From: Candidatus Nomurabacteria bacterium
Lineage (GTDB): Bacteria > Patescibacteriota > Minisyncoccia > Phycocordibacterales > UBA9973
DNA: 49,718 nucleotides
Assembly (NCBI GenBank): GCA_026395955.1
Contig: JAPLXR010000005.1
Coordinates: forward strand, 1 to 49,718
Direction of reading: 5' to 3'
This document shows, piece after piece, positions 8,589 through 19,117 of this stretch (position 1 is its first letter; the number at the start of each line of letters is the position of its first letter). The notes below the pieces were generated by a model that saw nothing but the letters and a program-made list of their open reading frames with translations, had not been told where the DNA came from and searched no databases. Position numbers and translations under genes: made by a program.

Positions 8589-9194
8589 ATGAAAAAAACA
8601 GTTTTAATTCTGTGCCTATTGATTGGTATTTTAGGTGCATTTGCTAAAAAAAGAAATGTTTTAGATATTCTTAAAAATAGAAAAGAAAAAAAGGCACATA
8701 TAGTAGATATTAAAAACGTAGATTGGAAGAGAAAAAATGATTACGTTTATCAGATTGAAAAATTAGAATATACAGAATCCGTTCCTGTTTGGAGGAGAAA
8801 AGAAAAAGATACTATTGGTAAACCATCTAAGGTTTATAATTACATTGTAGACACTAATGCATCACACAATCCAGCATTTTTTGCTAGAGCATTTAGTCAC
8901 AAGGACAATACTGTGACCTTAGATAGATATGAAATAGTAACGAAATCTTTATTTTTAGAAGATAGTGTTTGTTATCATTATATTGTTGCTCGTTTTTATT
9001 CAAAAGAAAACAAGTTTATTTTCTTTGAGTACAATGGACCGGCACATATTGAAGCTAAATTCTTTGTTCATACATCTTTCATATCTTTCATTTTTGGAAT
9101 GATCGTTTATATTGTAATCGTTATTAGAGAATATGATATAGCTAGAGCGAAAAGAATGTCAGAATATTTTTATGTAACAAAAAGCCCTTCGTAA
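8589..9194 (+). CDS. hypothetical protein with signal peptide and C-terminal TM helix
   Basis: N-terminal MKKTVLILCLLIGILGAFA; hydrophobic FISFIFGMIVYIVIVI. Own promoter (TTGACT 8518, TAAAAT 8541) and terminator (9180-9206). Confidence 0.65.
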   Translation: MKKTVLILCLLIGILGAFAKKRNVLDILKNRKEKKAHIVDIKNVDWKRKNDYVYQIEKLEYTESVPVWRRKEKDTIGKPSKVYNYIVDTNASHNPAFFARAFSHKDNTVTLDRYEIVTKSLFLEDSVCYHYIVARFYSKENKFIFFEYNGPAHIEAKFFVHTSFISFIFGMIVYIVIVIREYDIARAKRMSEYFYVTKSPS

Positions 9195-9223
9195 TGAAGG
9201 GCTTTTATGCTTTTATTTAATTT

Positions 9224-10753
9224 TTATCTCGCGTATTCGATGATTCGAGATTCACGAATCATCGTTACCTTAATTTCACCTGGATATTTAAGTTCCTGTT
9301 CAATCTTGTTTGCTATTTCACGAGCCATGAGTTTTGCTTCGGTATCAGAAACTTTTTCTGGAGTTACGAAGATTCTAACTTCACGACCTGCTGATAATGC
9401 ATAAGATTTTTCAACTCCTCCGAAACCATTTACTAGAGCTTCGAGTTCTTGCAAACGTTTCAAGTAGTTTTCTACAGAGTCTCTACGTGCTCCTGGACGG
9501 CCTCCAGAGATAGCATCAGCTGTCTGAACGATAACTGATTCAATAGTCTCATAAGGATAGTCTTCGTGATGAGATTTCATTGCAGTAATGATTCTCTCAT
9601 CTGCTCCGAATTTTTGAAGGATACGCATACCGATCTCGATATGTGTGCCTTGAACTTCGTGATCGAGAGCTTTACCGATGTCATGTACGAGTGCTCCTGC
9701 TTTTGCTATTGCTACGTCTGCACCGAGTTCTTCAGCAAGCATTCCTGCAATGTGAGCCATTTCGATGGAGTGTTGCAATACGTTTTGTCCATAACTTGTA
9801 CGGAAATATAAACGTCCGATGATAGCTACGATACGTGGGTCAAAATTGAAGATTCCACATTCGTATACTGCTTGTTCTCCTTTTTCTTTTATAATTTTGT
9901 TAATTTCTTCTTTTGCTTTTTCTATCAATTCTTCAATCTTTGCTGGCTGGATACGTCCATCGAGAATCAAGTTCTCAAGGGCGACACGAGCGACTTGGCG
10001 ACGAATAGGGTCGAAAGAAGAGATAACAATTGTTCCAGGAGTATCATCAACGATGAGCTCAACTCCTGAAGCTCTTTCGAAAGCACGTATGTTACGACCT
10101 TCTTTACCTATAATCTTACCTTTGATTTCATTGTTCGGAATTGTGACTATCGTCGTCATTAATTCTGAAGCAGTACTAGATGCTAGGCGTTGGATAGAAG
10201 TAGAGAGAATGTCTTTTGCTCTACGGTCTAGTTTCTCTGTAGCTGAATTTTCAAGTTTTTGCATACGAACTAAAATATCTGCTTCGTATTTTTGTTCGAT
10301 ATCTTTCAAGAGTTCTTCTTTTGCTTCTTCAGCTGTTAGCTTTGCTACTTTTTCAAGTGCAGCTAATTTTTCAGCTTGAGCATTTTCTACTCTTTCTTGG
10401 ATTTTCTTTATGTCTTCGACTTTTGTTTTTATGTTTTCTACTTCTTTGTCTATTTCGACTTGGCGAGCATCGAGGAGTTCATCTTTTTTGATAAGTCTCT
10501 TCTCTGTATCTTTGAATTCTTCTGTCTTCTTCTTTTCTTCTTCTTTGAGTTCAGCCAAAGTCGTCTCAGATTTTTTCTTTGCTTCATCTGTGATTCTTTG
10601 AGCTTCTTCTCGAGCACCGACCATCATGTCTTTGATGTCGATTTCGATCGAACGCTTTTTTCCTAAAGCGATGATCAAGCGGAGATAGTATCCTATACCC
10701 GCGCCTAAAAGGAGTGCACCGACTCCGATCAAGATTATTGTTAATATACTCAT
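9224..10753 (-). CDS. rny: ribonuclease Y
   Basis: N-terminal TM, coiled coil, KH domain (KGKIIGKEGRNIR), HD domain (RTSYGQNVLQHS, LVHDIGK, ADAISGGRPGARR). Confidence 0.96.
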   Translation of the reverse strand: MSILTIILIGVGALLLGAGIGYYLRLIIALGKKRSIEIDIKDMMVGAREEAQRITDEAKKKSETTLAELKEEEKKKTEEFKDTEKRLIKKDELLDARQVEIDKEVENIKTKVEDIKKIQERVENAQAEKLAALEKVAKLTAEEAKEELLKDIEQKYEADILVRMQKLENSATEKLDRRAKDILSTSIQRLASSTASELMTTIVTIPNNEIKGKIIGKEGRNIRAFERASGVELIVDDTPGTIVISSFDPIRRQVARVALENLILDGRIQPAKIEELIEKAKEEINKIIKEKGEQAVYECGIFNFDPRIVAIIGRLYFRTSYGQNVLQHSIEMAHIAGMLAEELGADVAIAKAGALVHDIGKALDHEVQGTHIEIGMRILQKFGADERIITAMKSHHEDYPYETIESVIVQTADAISGGRPGARRDSVENYLKRLQELEALVNGFGGVEKSYALSAGREVRIFVTPEKVSDTEAKLMAREIANKIEQELKYPGEIKVTMIRESRIIEYAR

Positions 10754-10991
10754 AAGCTTTGTGTCAGCTTATAAGAACACACCATTAATTTGGCATTTCT
10801 CTAGTTTTTTGTGGTAGTTTTTCCTTACCAGCACTGATATTTTTTATAAAACTTTTTGAAACTTTCAAGATTGTCATAATTTAACGATATATTCCTAAAA
10901 ACCAATGTAAATAAAATTTCTAAATCTCACACTTTTAATATACCAAAATAAGCCCATATTGTCTATGGGTAAAAAATAGGGGATAAAGTAT

Positions 10992-11585
10992 TTATTTAAT
11001 AGGATTTTTTGATTTTGTGACTATTTCGTCAACGATTCCGTATTTTTTAGCTTCTTCGGAATCCATGTAGAAATCTCTTTCGACGTCTTTTTCTATTTGC
11101 GCGAGAGTCTTGCCAGTATTTTTCGCTAGGAGTTTGTTTAAATTATCACGAGTTTTTAAAATATGCTTTGCAGAGATAGCGATATCTGTAGCTTGTCCTT
11201 CGACACCACCTAGAGGTTGGTGAATCATAACTTCAGCATTTGGGAGAATATATCTCTTACCTTTCTTTCCAGCAGAGAGAACGATAGCAGCACCAGACGC
11301 TGCCATACCTACGCAAAATGTCGCGATGTCTGGGCGAATGTGATTCATTGTATCAACGATAGCCATAGTAGAAGTGACAGAACCACCAGGGGAGTTGATA
11401 TAGAGAAAGACATCTTTTTTAGGATCTTCACTTTCTAAAAATAATAATTGAGCAATAATAATGTTTGCTGTGTGGTCGTCTATTTGTCCGGAAAGGAAAA
11501 TAATACGATCGCGAAGTAAACGAGAGTAAATATCGTACGCTCGCTCACCAAACTGTGACTTCTCTATTACTGTAGGTATTAACAT
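10992..11585 (-). CDS. clpP: ATP-dependent Clp protease proteolytic subunit
   Basis: [35 protein letters not shown]. Confidence 0.97.
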   Translation of the reverse strand: MLIPTVIEKSQFGERAYDIYSRLLRDRIIFLSGQIDDHTANIIIAQLLFLESEDPKKDVFLYINSPGGSVTSTMAIVDTMNHIRPDIATFCVGMAASGAAIVLSAGKKGKRYILPNAEVMIHQPLGGVEGQATDIAISAKHILKTRDNLNKLLAKNTGKTLAQIEKDVERDFYMDSEEAKKYGIVDEIVTKSKNPIK

Positions 11586-11700
11586 AGCTTTATAATATAC
11601 CGAAACACCCTCTAAATCAACTGACTCAATTTTATTGACATTGGATGATATTATTGTTAATTTAAAGTCAGATTTAACTTACATTAAAAAAACAAAAAAA

Positions 11701-12504
11701 ATGAGAAAAATAGCTTTTTATTTCGGAATTGTACTAATTTTAGTTTCATCCATCATTGGTGGAACTATGCACGGCAAAAAAGACAATGATTACTCAACAC
11801 CCTTAATTGTATTGGCTGTTGGTCTGGTTTGTCTTTTATTTAGCTTAAAAGGACGTTCTTCAGAAGAAGAGATTCTTGATGAGGAAATAGTAAAATGCAA
11901 AAAAAGAATTTTAATTTCAGTTACAGATAAAACTGGTATTGAAAAGTTCGGACAGCTTCTTTCTATTGGTTATGAAATAATTTCTACTGGTGGAACACTA
12001 AAATATCTAACAGAGCATGGAATTCCATGTATTCCTATAGAAGATATTACCGGTTTCCCTGAGATGATGGATGGTAGATTGAAAACATTAAATCCATATA
12101 TTTTCGGTGGAATTTTAGCAGACACTTTTAATAAAGAACATTTGGAAGTTATTGCTGAAAATGGTATCGATTTAATCGACATTGTCGTAGTAAATTTCTA
12201 CGACTTTAATGCTGATAAAAGAATGGAAAAAATCGACATCGGAGGTCCTTCATTATTGCGTGCAGCTTCAAAAAATGGAACTTCAGCTATTCCATTGATT
12301 GATCCGGCTGATTATGATGAAGTAATCAAAGCAATCATTAAAGAAAATGATTGGCGCGATGAAGAAATTGGTACATTGATTCCAGATGGTATAAGGAAAA
12401 GACTTGTTCTAAAAGTTTTTAGAGCTACTTGTCAGTATGACAGAGAGATCTATCAGTGGATGGAAAGTTGTAATTCAGATGAAAAGAACTTTTTTAAACA
12501 ATAG
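11701..12504 (+). CDS. PurH IMP-cyclohydrolase (MGS-like) domain with two N-terminal TM helices; no transformylase domain
   Basis: ILISVTDKTG, IISTGGT, TGFPEMMDGRLKTL, IDIGGPSLLRAASKN. ATG at 11701 follows promoter TTGACA (11635), 17 bp, TAATTT. Confidence 0.8.
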   Translation: MRKIAFYFGIVLILVSSIIGGTMHGKKDNDYSTPLIVLAVGLVCLLFSLKGRSSEEEILDEEIVKCKKRILISVTDKTGIEKFGQLLSIGYEIISTGGTLKYLTEHGIPCIPIEDITGFPEMMDGRLKTLNPYIFGGILADTFNKEHLEVIAENGIDLIDIVVVNFYDFNADKRMEKIDIGGPSLLRAASKNGTSAIPLIDPADYDEVIKAIIKENDWRDEEIGTLIPDGIRKRLVLKVFRATCQYDREIYQWMESCNSDEKNFFKQ

Positions 12505-12546
12505 AAAAAACCCTTCACGGCTTAGTAAAGCAGTGAAGGGTTTTTT
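12505..12546 (+). terminator. intrinsic terminator
   Basis: AAAAAACCCTTCAC...GTGAAGGGTTTTTT. Confidence 0.75.
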
Positions 12547-12632
12547 ATTTTAGATACAAAATATTTAATAGATTGATTATTTTTAATTTTATGGTAATGT
12601 ATAAATAAATTTGAATTTTTAAAAATAAAAAT

Positions 12633-13319
12633 ATGAAGACAATAAATAGATTCGCTTTCGACAATGATGGAACATTGATCGATTCACAACTACCTTTTCA
12701 TGCTACAGCTGAAGCTAGAATTTTAGAAAAATATGCTGGATTAATAGTAAGTCCTGAAGAAATTTCTGAAAGATTCGCTGGTATGCCTACTGTAAAAGTA
12801 TTTCAAGAGCTTGCTCCTTGGTATAGAAATCGTAATTTTCTTTGGGCAGAAAAATGGAAATTAATGGGGGAAATGACCAAAGAAAATCCTGTGAAATGTT
12901 TGCCTGGTATGTATGAATTAGTACATCTTTTGTGGGAAAGAAATATCCCTATCTCTGTCGCTTCTGCTGCACCACCTACATGGATAGAACAATCCCTTTT
13001 TGGTGCGGTAAAAAGTAATTCTACTATTCCAAAGATTAAATTAATTGATATGTTTAATTTAATCTTCTCTGCAGAACAATGTAAAAATCCAAAACCACAT
13101 CCTGAAATTTTTGAAACTGCAGCTAATGCAATGAGAGAAACTGAAGGTAAAACATTTGTAGTTGGTGATGGAAGAAGTGATGTCCTAGGAGGATTGGCTG
13201 CTAATTTCGAAGTTCTGTATTTATCTAGAACAAATACAGAGTTTGATTTAAATGAAAGAGTAAAAAGGTTTACTGATTCATTGCAGTTAACACAGTATGT
13301 TTACAATAATTTATTGTAA
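12633..13319 (+). CDS. HAD-family phosphatase (beta-PGM/CbbY-like)
   Basis: FDNDGTLIDS (motif I), KPHPEIF (motif III), VGDGRSD (motif IV). Confidence 0.85.
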   Translation: MKTINRFAFDNDGTLIDSQLPFHATAEARILEKYAGLIVSPEEISERFAGMPTVKVFQELAPWYRNRNFLWAEKWKLMGEMTKENPVKCLPGMYELVHLLWERNIPISVASAAPPTWIEQSLFGAVKSNSTIPKIKLIDMFNLIFSAEQCKNPKPHPEIFETAANAMRETEGKTFVVGDGRSDVLGGLAANFEVLYLSRTNTEFDLNERVKRFTDSLQLTQYVYNNLL

Positions 13320-13321
13320 AC

Positions 13322-13349
13322 AAAAAACCCGCAACGAATGCGGGTTTTT
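13322..13349. terminator. bidirectional terminator
   Basis: AAAAAACCCGCA-acgaa-TGCGGGTTTTT. Confidence 0.75.
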
Positions 13350-13361
13350 ATTTTGGCTATT

Positions 13362-14417
13362 TTATTTTTGATTTTCCAAAAATTGAAATACTTTTTCAGA
13401 AGCGAGGACATTTTCAGTATGTAGTCGAGCACTTTCTGGATCAGCGTCTTTGTAGTGTTCTAGAATATGTTCTACTTCGTGTTCTATTTCTGATTCTTCC
13501 GGTTTCAGATTTTCCTTTTTTGCTATTTCTGCGAGCACGAGAGAAAGTTTTGATCTTTGTTCTCCATCTTTACTAAATTCTTTTCTTAGATCATCTTCTG
13601 TCTTTTTCAAGTGACCTAGATAATCTTCGAACTTCATTCCCATACGAGCGATGTCGTCTTTCATACGAGCTAGGATTTTATTTGTTTCTAGGAATATCAA
13701 TAATTCAGGAACTTCCATTTCAGAATCTTCAATAATCTTTTCAATAATTTTAATTCTTGTTTTTTCTTTTAGATTATTTTCTTTTTCGAGTTTCATATTG
13801 TCACGGACTTTTATTTTAAAGTCTTCGACATTTTCAAAAGGTCCCATAGCTTGTACAAATTCATCATTGAATTCTGGCAGTACTGGTTCCAATTCCTTTT
13901 CTCCTTCTTTAGGTTCTACTCCTTCAGCTACTTCTACTTTTGGTGCACGAGCTGTGCGGATGTCTAAAATAACTTTTTCTAATTCTTCATCAGTGATATT
14001 TGTATTTTTTTCTTCATCAGTGATTCCAGAAATTATTTCTTTTGAGATTTTTTTATAATCTGCGAGTTTTACTTCTGGTAATACTGCTGTTTTTATTTTG
14101 AAAGATAATGGATTATTACGTCCGAGTTTTGTGATAGTTATTTCTGGTCGTCCAATAGCATCTATTTTATTTTCTTCTAATAATTTTGAATATTGTTCAC
14201 TGAGTGCTATTTCTGCCATTTCTTCTAATATTTTTATTTCAGGAATTTTAGAGATTAAAATATTTTCAGGAGTTTTACCTTTTCTGAAACCATCTATTTC
14301 TACGTGTTCACCTAGGTGCTTTAAAGCTTTAGGATAATATCCTTCAAAAACTTCCGCTGTAATTTCACCTTCTATTTCCAGTTCACTTTTTGGTAATTTG
14401 TTTATTTTTATTTGCAT
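13362..14417 (-). CDS. tig: trigger factor lacking most of the PPIase domain
   Basis: IDGFRKGKTP ribosome-binding signature, LPEVKLADYK, LPEFNDEF; only 351 aa. Confidence 0.9.
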   Translation of the reverse strand: MQIKINKLPKSELEIEGEITAEVFEGYYPKALKHLGEHVEIDGFRKGKTPENILISKIPEIKILEEMAEIALSEQYSKLLEENKIDAIGRPEITITKLGRNNPLSFKIKTAVLPEVKLADYKKISKEIISGITDEEKNTNITDEELEKVILDIRTARAPKVEVAEGVEPKEGEKELEPVLPEFNDEFVQAMGPFENVEDFKIKVRDNMKLEKENNLKEKTRIKIIEKIIEDSEMEVPELLIFLETNKILARMKDDIARMGMKFEDYLGHLKKTEDDLRKEFSKDGEQRSKLSLVLAEIAKKENLKPEESEIEHEVEHILEHYKDADPESARLHTENVLASEKVFQFLENQK

Positions 14418-14497
14418 AATTTTATATTATATTTATTGCTTCATTTTGTCAAAAAAACAAAAATCCCCCGTTCGGGGGATTTTTGTTTTTGTAATTT

Positions 14498-14725
14498 TTA
14501 AATTTTACTATCGATACTATTTAAATCTGTACTATTTAAATCTGTTTCGAGGTTTGTTAAATCGGCGCTTGTTTTATTTTGTTGAACTGTCGCACCAACA
14601 TTTGTATTTACTGGTTGTTCCATCTTTTGTTGAACGTTAGTATTGTACAAATAAATTCCACCGATAATTAATATTATAATTATAACTACTGAACCTATTA
14701 ATGCACCATTTGATTTTTTATCCAT
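14498..14725 (-). CDS. small membrane-anchored hypothetical protein
   Basis: GALIGSVVIIIILIIGGIYLY TM segment; terminator at 14459-14484. Confidence 0.7.
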   Translation of the reverse strand: MDKKSNGALIGSVVIIIILIIGGIYLYNTNVQQKMEQPVNTNVGATVQQNKTSADLTNLETDLNSTDLNSIDSKI

Positions 14726-14754
14726 TTTTATTTTTAGTTATTTATTAATAATAA

Positions 14755-15639
14755 TTATTGTTGAGTTGTTGAAGCATTATTTTCTGGTGTTGATCCTTCT
14801 GTAGAGCCTGTTGCGATTCTTAATGATTTAATAGAACTCTTTAAATCTTGTCTTGATTGTTCTAATAGATTTCTAGCATCACGAGCAGTTAATTTTATTG
14901 CAGCGAACTGGTCAGCTGTGATTGTTGATCCGTCTGCAGGTACAACTATTTCTGCTATTTTAGCTTTTGCATCAGCAAGGTTTTTAACAGAACTATCTAA
15001 AAATGTTTGAGCGTCTGTTGTATTTATACCTGTTGCAGACAATTCAGTTATTTTTGCAGAAACTTTTGCTTGGATTGCTTCTAAATTTGAAACAGCATTT
15101 GCAAATCTTTGTGTTTTCATTTCTTCAGCATTTTTTCTGAAATCACTTCTTTGTGCTAGTGTTGTTGCTTTGAAAGTAGCCTTTTTAGCTTCAACTTCAG
15201 TTTTGAAAGCATCCATTCTTGTTTTAATTTCTGTTTTTAATGCTGTTCTGTCTGATTCTATTTTTGCTTTTAAGGCATCTTTTTCTGCTTGAGTCATTGC
15301 TGGGTTTGCTTTTAATGCTTCCATAGCAGCTTTGTTTTGAGCTTTCATGTTTACTATGTCTGCTTGGTTTCCTGATTTTAAACCTTCACGCTCATTCTCA
15401 ATTTGAGAATCCATTCCACCTTCTGCTTCTTGGATACCTTGATTCATTCCTTGTCTTTGTTGTTTTAAAGTTTCAGCTTGAGCTTTAAAAGCATCTCTAT
15501 TTACTTTATTATCTTGTCTCATTTGACCTAAACCTAAATTTAGACCACCTCCTTCATTTTCATTATCTTCTGCATGAGCAATACCTACATATGAGATTGC
15601 TAAACCTAACACCATTAATAAACCTAAATATTTTTTCAT
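14755..15639 (-). CDS. secreted coiled-coil protein
   Basis: Signal peptide ending AHA; long A/K/E/Q-rich helical body. Confidence 0.75.
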   Translation of the reverse strand: MKKYLGLLMVLGLAISYVGIAHAEDNENEGGGLNLGLGQMRQDNKVNRDAFKAQAETLKQQRQGMNQGIQEAEGGMDSQIENEREGLKSGNQADIVNMKAQNKAAMEALKANPAMTQAEKDALKAKIESDRTALKTEIKTRMDAFKTEVEAKKATFKATTLAQRSDFRKNAEEMKTQRFANAVSNLEAIQAKVSAKITELSATGINTTDAQTFLDSSVKNLADAKAKIAEIVVPADGSTITADQFAAIKLTARDARNLLEQSRQDLKSSIKSLRIATGSTEGSTPENNASTTQQ

Positions 15640-15902
15640 AATTTTAATTCTTATAGAATCTCTTTTTCTTAGAAATTCTATTACTTATAATAATAATTTT
15701 AATAATTAATAATAGCTTGACCCACTATCATTATACACTATATATGACGTTGTGATTGTGTAAATCTTACACTATTTATAGTGTACTTTAGTTAAATGAA
15801 ATATAGATGAATTTTTATAGGCATTCTAGAATAAAGGTTTGACTTTTTAGCTTATGTATGATATATTCTGTTTAGATAAACGTTTTTTAACATCCCTAAT
15901 AA

Positions 15903-17210
15903 ATGAATCAATCAACAATAACAAATCAGAAAAATTCCACTTCAAGTGGTTACAGTAGACAGTTTGATTTACTAAAAGAATCGCATATCAAATTAAATAT
16001 CCTTGGAGTGCCTAATAAGGATCAGCGTGAACTTGAAAAAGGGTGGGCTACCTTTAATTATTTCAATGAAGATGAATTGAATCGTGCACAACAGTTGTTT
16101 TTGTCGATCGGAGTTGAGTCTATAAAACGAGAAGACAAAAATAACAACTTGTACTTTGCATTACAATACTTCAGGACAATTCCTGTTTCAAAAGCACCAG
16201 TACAAAAAAGAGTGTTCGAAAGTAATTTACACATTCCTATTTTTATCTGGTTGGTGAAAAAAGTGCTTCGTAAGTCATTCTTTACTGAACCGGTTGATGC
16301 AGAATTTTTTTCAAAGCCAGCTCGTATCAAGATGTTATTTCATGAATTCGAAGAAATAAAGCTCGACATGGAAAAACGTTATGACATTGTTTGTCTTGCA
16401 GCTATGAACGACATCAAGCATGTGGATGTGTGGATTTTGAAAAGCGAAGAAGCGCGAGTAACATATTGTATGTATCGTCAGTTGGGTGATTTTTCTATTG
16501 TTAAGTTGTCTGGAATATTATCTGATCCTGAAAAATTGAAACAAATACGATCAGGAATTGAAAGAGACAATTTAAAAGTAGATATGCGCAGACCGTTCAA
16601 ATCCAAGGTAGACAAGATCAGGAACAAAATGGTTAAAAAAGAAACAGTAGAAAAAAATGCTCTTGCGGCAGAAGTACGAAAAGCAATACGCCAATCCGGT
16701 ATTTGTAAATTAAAATCTGATAAACCACTTTTAAAACGTGAAATGTATATGCAAATATTTGTTATAGCAGTAGACAAGGTAAAAATTACTGTTTCAAATA
16801 GGACAGAGAAGCAAAGAGTAAAAACAATCAAACGTTTGGAAGTATATTTACGGAAGACATATCCACAAGCCGCCGTTGTAGAAATTATTACTGAACAGCA
16901 GACACAGTTATCGGTAAGTATTTCTGGATTTTTGAATCAAAGTTTTGTAAACAAAAAATCAACAGCATTGGTTCGAAAAGAAAAAAGAGAAATGCAAAAA
17001 AAGCTAAATCTGTGGATTAAACAGCTTCCTGAAGAGATGCACAGACAATTCCTTGAATTTATGGGTGCAGGCCTTTTTGGTATAGATGAAGCAACAGCGG
17101 TAGAGATATTGTCAAAAGGATTTTCTTTTGTACCTAAAAAGAAGTATCTGAAAGCTTCTCTATTTGCTAAACCAGAAAAGTTAGTTAAATTCATAGAAAG
17201 AAACAAATAA
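15903..17210 (+). CDS. hypothetical basic protein (accessory cassette)
   Basis: 435-aa ORF. Promoter TTGACT (15839), 17 bp, TATATT, then TGTTTAGATAA; terminator at 17212-17244. Confidence 0.65.
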   Translation: MNQSTITNQKNSTSSGYSRQFDLLKESHIKLNILGVPNKDQRELEKGWATFNYFNEDELNRAQQLFLSIGVESIKREDKNNNLYFALQYFRTIPVSKAPVQKRVFESNLHIPIFIWLVKKVLRKSFFTEPVDAEFFSKPARIKMLFHEFEEIKLDMEKRYDIVCLAAMNDIKHVDVWILKSEEARVTYCMYRQLGDFSIVKLSGILSDPEKLKQIRSGIERDNLKVDMRRPFKSKVDKIRNKMVKKETVEKNALAAEVRKAIRQSGICKLKSDKPLLKREMYMQIFVIAVDKVKITVSNRTEKQRVKTIKRLEVYLRKTYPQAAVVEIITEQQTQLSVSISGFLNQSFVNKKSTALVRKEKREMQKKLNLWIKQLPEEMHRQFLEFMGAGLFGIDEATAVEILSKGFSFVPKKKYLKASLFAKPEKLVKFIERNK

Positions 17211-17254
17211 CAAAAAACTCCTCACGAGATAGTGAGGAGTTTTTATTTTGTCTT

Positions 17255-17839
17255 TTAGTCTAATTTTGGAGCGTAGTCTTTCTCATATCTTTCCTGGCAT
17301 TCTTTTATTATCTTTACAGCTTCATCTGCTTCAAAGAATCCTAGAGGTTTACAAGTACCAACTTTTTTCAAATGTTTATAGAATTCAAAATAGTGTTCTA
17401 CTTCTTTTGCCCAATGTTCACCGAGGTCATTATAACTTTTTATATGATCCATTCTCTTATCATCTGCGAGTACTGTGATTATTTTATCATCACGTTCACC
17501 TCCGTCTTCGAACTTCATCACACCGATGACACGAAGCTCTGCAAGTGATCCGGGAACTAATGGTTCAGTTACGTTTGCAATCAAAAGATCGAGCATATCA
17601 TTGTCTTGGTCCCATGTTTGTGGAATGAGTCCATAAGCGACAGGATATGCAAGTGAAGAATATCCGACACGATCAAGTTTTAATTGACCTGATTCAGTTA
17701 TAAATTCGTATTTATTAATTGAATTCGCATTTATTTCTACTAATCCATTAATTATATTTTTACTTTCATCTGCAAAAGCCGGCAACACATGTTGCAAGTT
17801 AAGCATGAATTTTGATGGTTTGTGATTTATATTTGCCAT
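17255..17839 (-). CDS. ppa: family I inorganic pyrophosphatase
   Basis: NKYE, LKLDRV, YPVAYGLIPQT, DNDMLDLL, DGGERDDKII, FEFYK. Confidence 0.92.
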   Translation of the reverse strand: MANINHKPSKFMLNLQHVLPAFADESKNIINGLVEINANSINKYEFITESGQLKLDRVGYSSLAYPVAYGLIPQTWDQDNDMLDLLIANVTEPLVPGSLAELRVIGVMKFEDGGERDDKIITVLADDKRMDHIKSYNDLGEHWAKEVEHYFEFYKHLKKVGTCKPLGFFEADEAVKIIKECQERYEKDYAPKLD

Positions 17840-17875
17840 AAGATTATTTTCTAGATTAGATTTATAAAATTATTC

Positions 17876-19075
17876 TTATTTATCAGTATCTTCTGAAACT
17901 TCTTCAGATAAATCTTCGGTCATATTTACATTTTCTCCATCAGTAGAGGCAACTTCGCCACCTGTACCTTTGATGTCGATTCTCCAACCAGTAAGTTTCG
18001 CAGCGAGGCGGACATTTTGTCCTCCTTTACCGATAGCGAGTGAGAGTTGGTCTTCAGCTACTTCGATAACTGCTTTATGTTCTTGTTCATTTACTTCTAT
18101 AGACAAGACTTTTGCAGGAGATATAGCATTTGCAACGTATTCTTTTGGATCAGCTGACCATGGAATAATGTCCACTTTTTCATTTCCGAGTTCACCTGTA
18201 ACGGTATTTACACGAGTTCCTTTTTGACCGACACATGAACCGACAGGGTCGATATGCTCATCATTAGAGAAAACAGCCATTTTTGAACGACTTCCAGCTT
18301 CACGGGCGATACTTTTTATCTCAACTACGCCACTTGTGACTTCTGGAGCTTCTACTTCAAAGAGTTTTTGAAGGAATTTAGGGTGTGTACGAGACATTCT
18401 GAGGTTGATTCCACGAGGACTTTCTTCGACAGAGTACAAATAAGCCTTTATTCTTTGGCCTCGGCGGAAAAATTCACCTGGAATTTGCTCTTCAGCAGGT
18501 AAAACACCTGTTGCACGGTTAAAATCAACGTAAATATTGCCTCTTTCAATCTTTTGGACTACTCCAGAGACTATTTCGCCTTCTTTTGTACCATATTCAT
18601 CCATAATAGATGTACGTTCTGCTTCACGAATACGTTGAATTATGACTTGTTTAGCTGTTTGAGCAGCAATACGTCCATAATCATCTTTCATTTCAAGAGG
18701 AAATATCATTTCGTCGTTTAATTCTACCCCTTTTTTCATTTTTTTAGCATCTTCTAGCAAAATATGGTGTTCAGGGTTAAAACGAGGACGTTCATCACCG
18801 TCTTGTTGGACTGAGTATTCTTGCTCTTCTTCACCTTCTGCTGGTTCTTCTATACGTACAATAGACTCATCTACTACGATTTTTACTTGGTAAAAATCAG
18901 TTTGACCAGTTTCCATATCAAATTTTGCACGAACTATTTGACCTTTCTTTCCGTAATCCTTCTTATAAGCAGCAGCCATAGCTTGTTCGATAGCTTCAAT
19001 TATTTTTTCTTTTGGTATTTTGCGCTCTTCTTCGAGTTGTTCGAGAGCTGACTTCATTGTTTTTAGATCTAACAT
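17876..19075 (-). CDS. nusA: transcription factor NusA
   Basis: GRIAAQTAKQVIIQRIREAER, AREAGSRSK, DPVGSCVG, LSLAIGKGGQNVRLAAKLTGW. Confidence 0.97.
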   Translation of the reverse strand: MLDLKTMKSALEQLEEERKIPKEKIIEAIEQAMAAAYKKDYGKKGQIVRAKFDMETGQTDFYQVKIVVDESIVRIEEPAEGEEEQEYSVQQDGDERPRFNPEHHILLEDAKKMKKGVELNDEMIFPLEMKDDYGRIAAQTAKQVIIQRIREAERTSIMDEYGTKEGEIVSGVVQKIERGNIYVDFNRATGVLPAEEQIPGEFFRRGQRIKAYLYSVEESPRGINLRMSRTHPKFLQKLFEVEAPEVTSGVVEIKSIAREAGSRSKMAVFSNDEHIDPVGSCVGQKGTRVNTVTGELGNEKVDIIPWSADPKEYVANAISPAKVLSIEVNEQEHKAVIEVAEDQLSLAIGKGGQNVRLAAKLTGWRIDIKGTGGEVASTDGENVNMTEDLSEEVSEDTDK

Positions 19076-19117
19076 AATATTTTTATATTTACATTAAAGA
19101 CGACTATTAAATTTTTT

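Noticed and set aside
12606-12613. TAAATTTG as a Bacteroidota -7 promoter for the HAD gene
   Set aside because: No properly spaced -33 TTTG, and a canonical-type promoter lies just upstream; a chance match is likely in AT-rich DNA.
13362-14417. Short trigger factor as a pseudogene
   Set aside because: The frame is intact with N and C domains; loss of the PPIase domain is a known reduced form.
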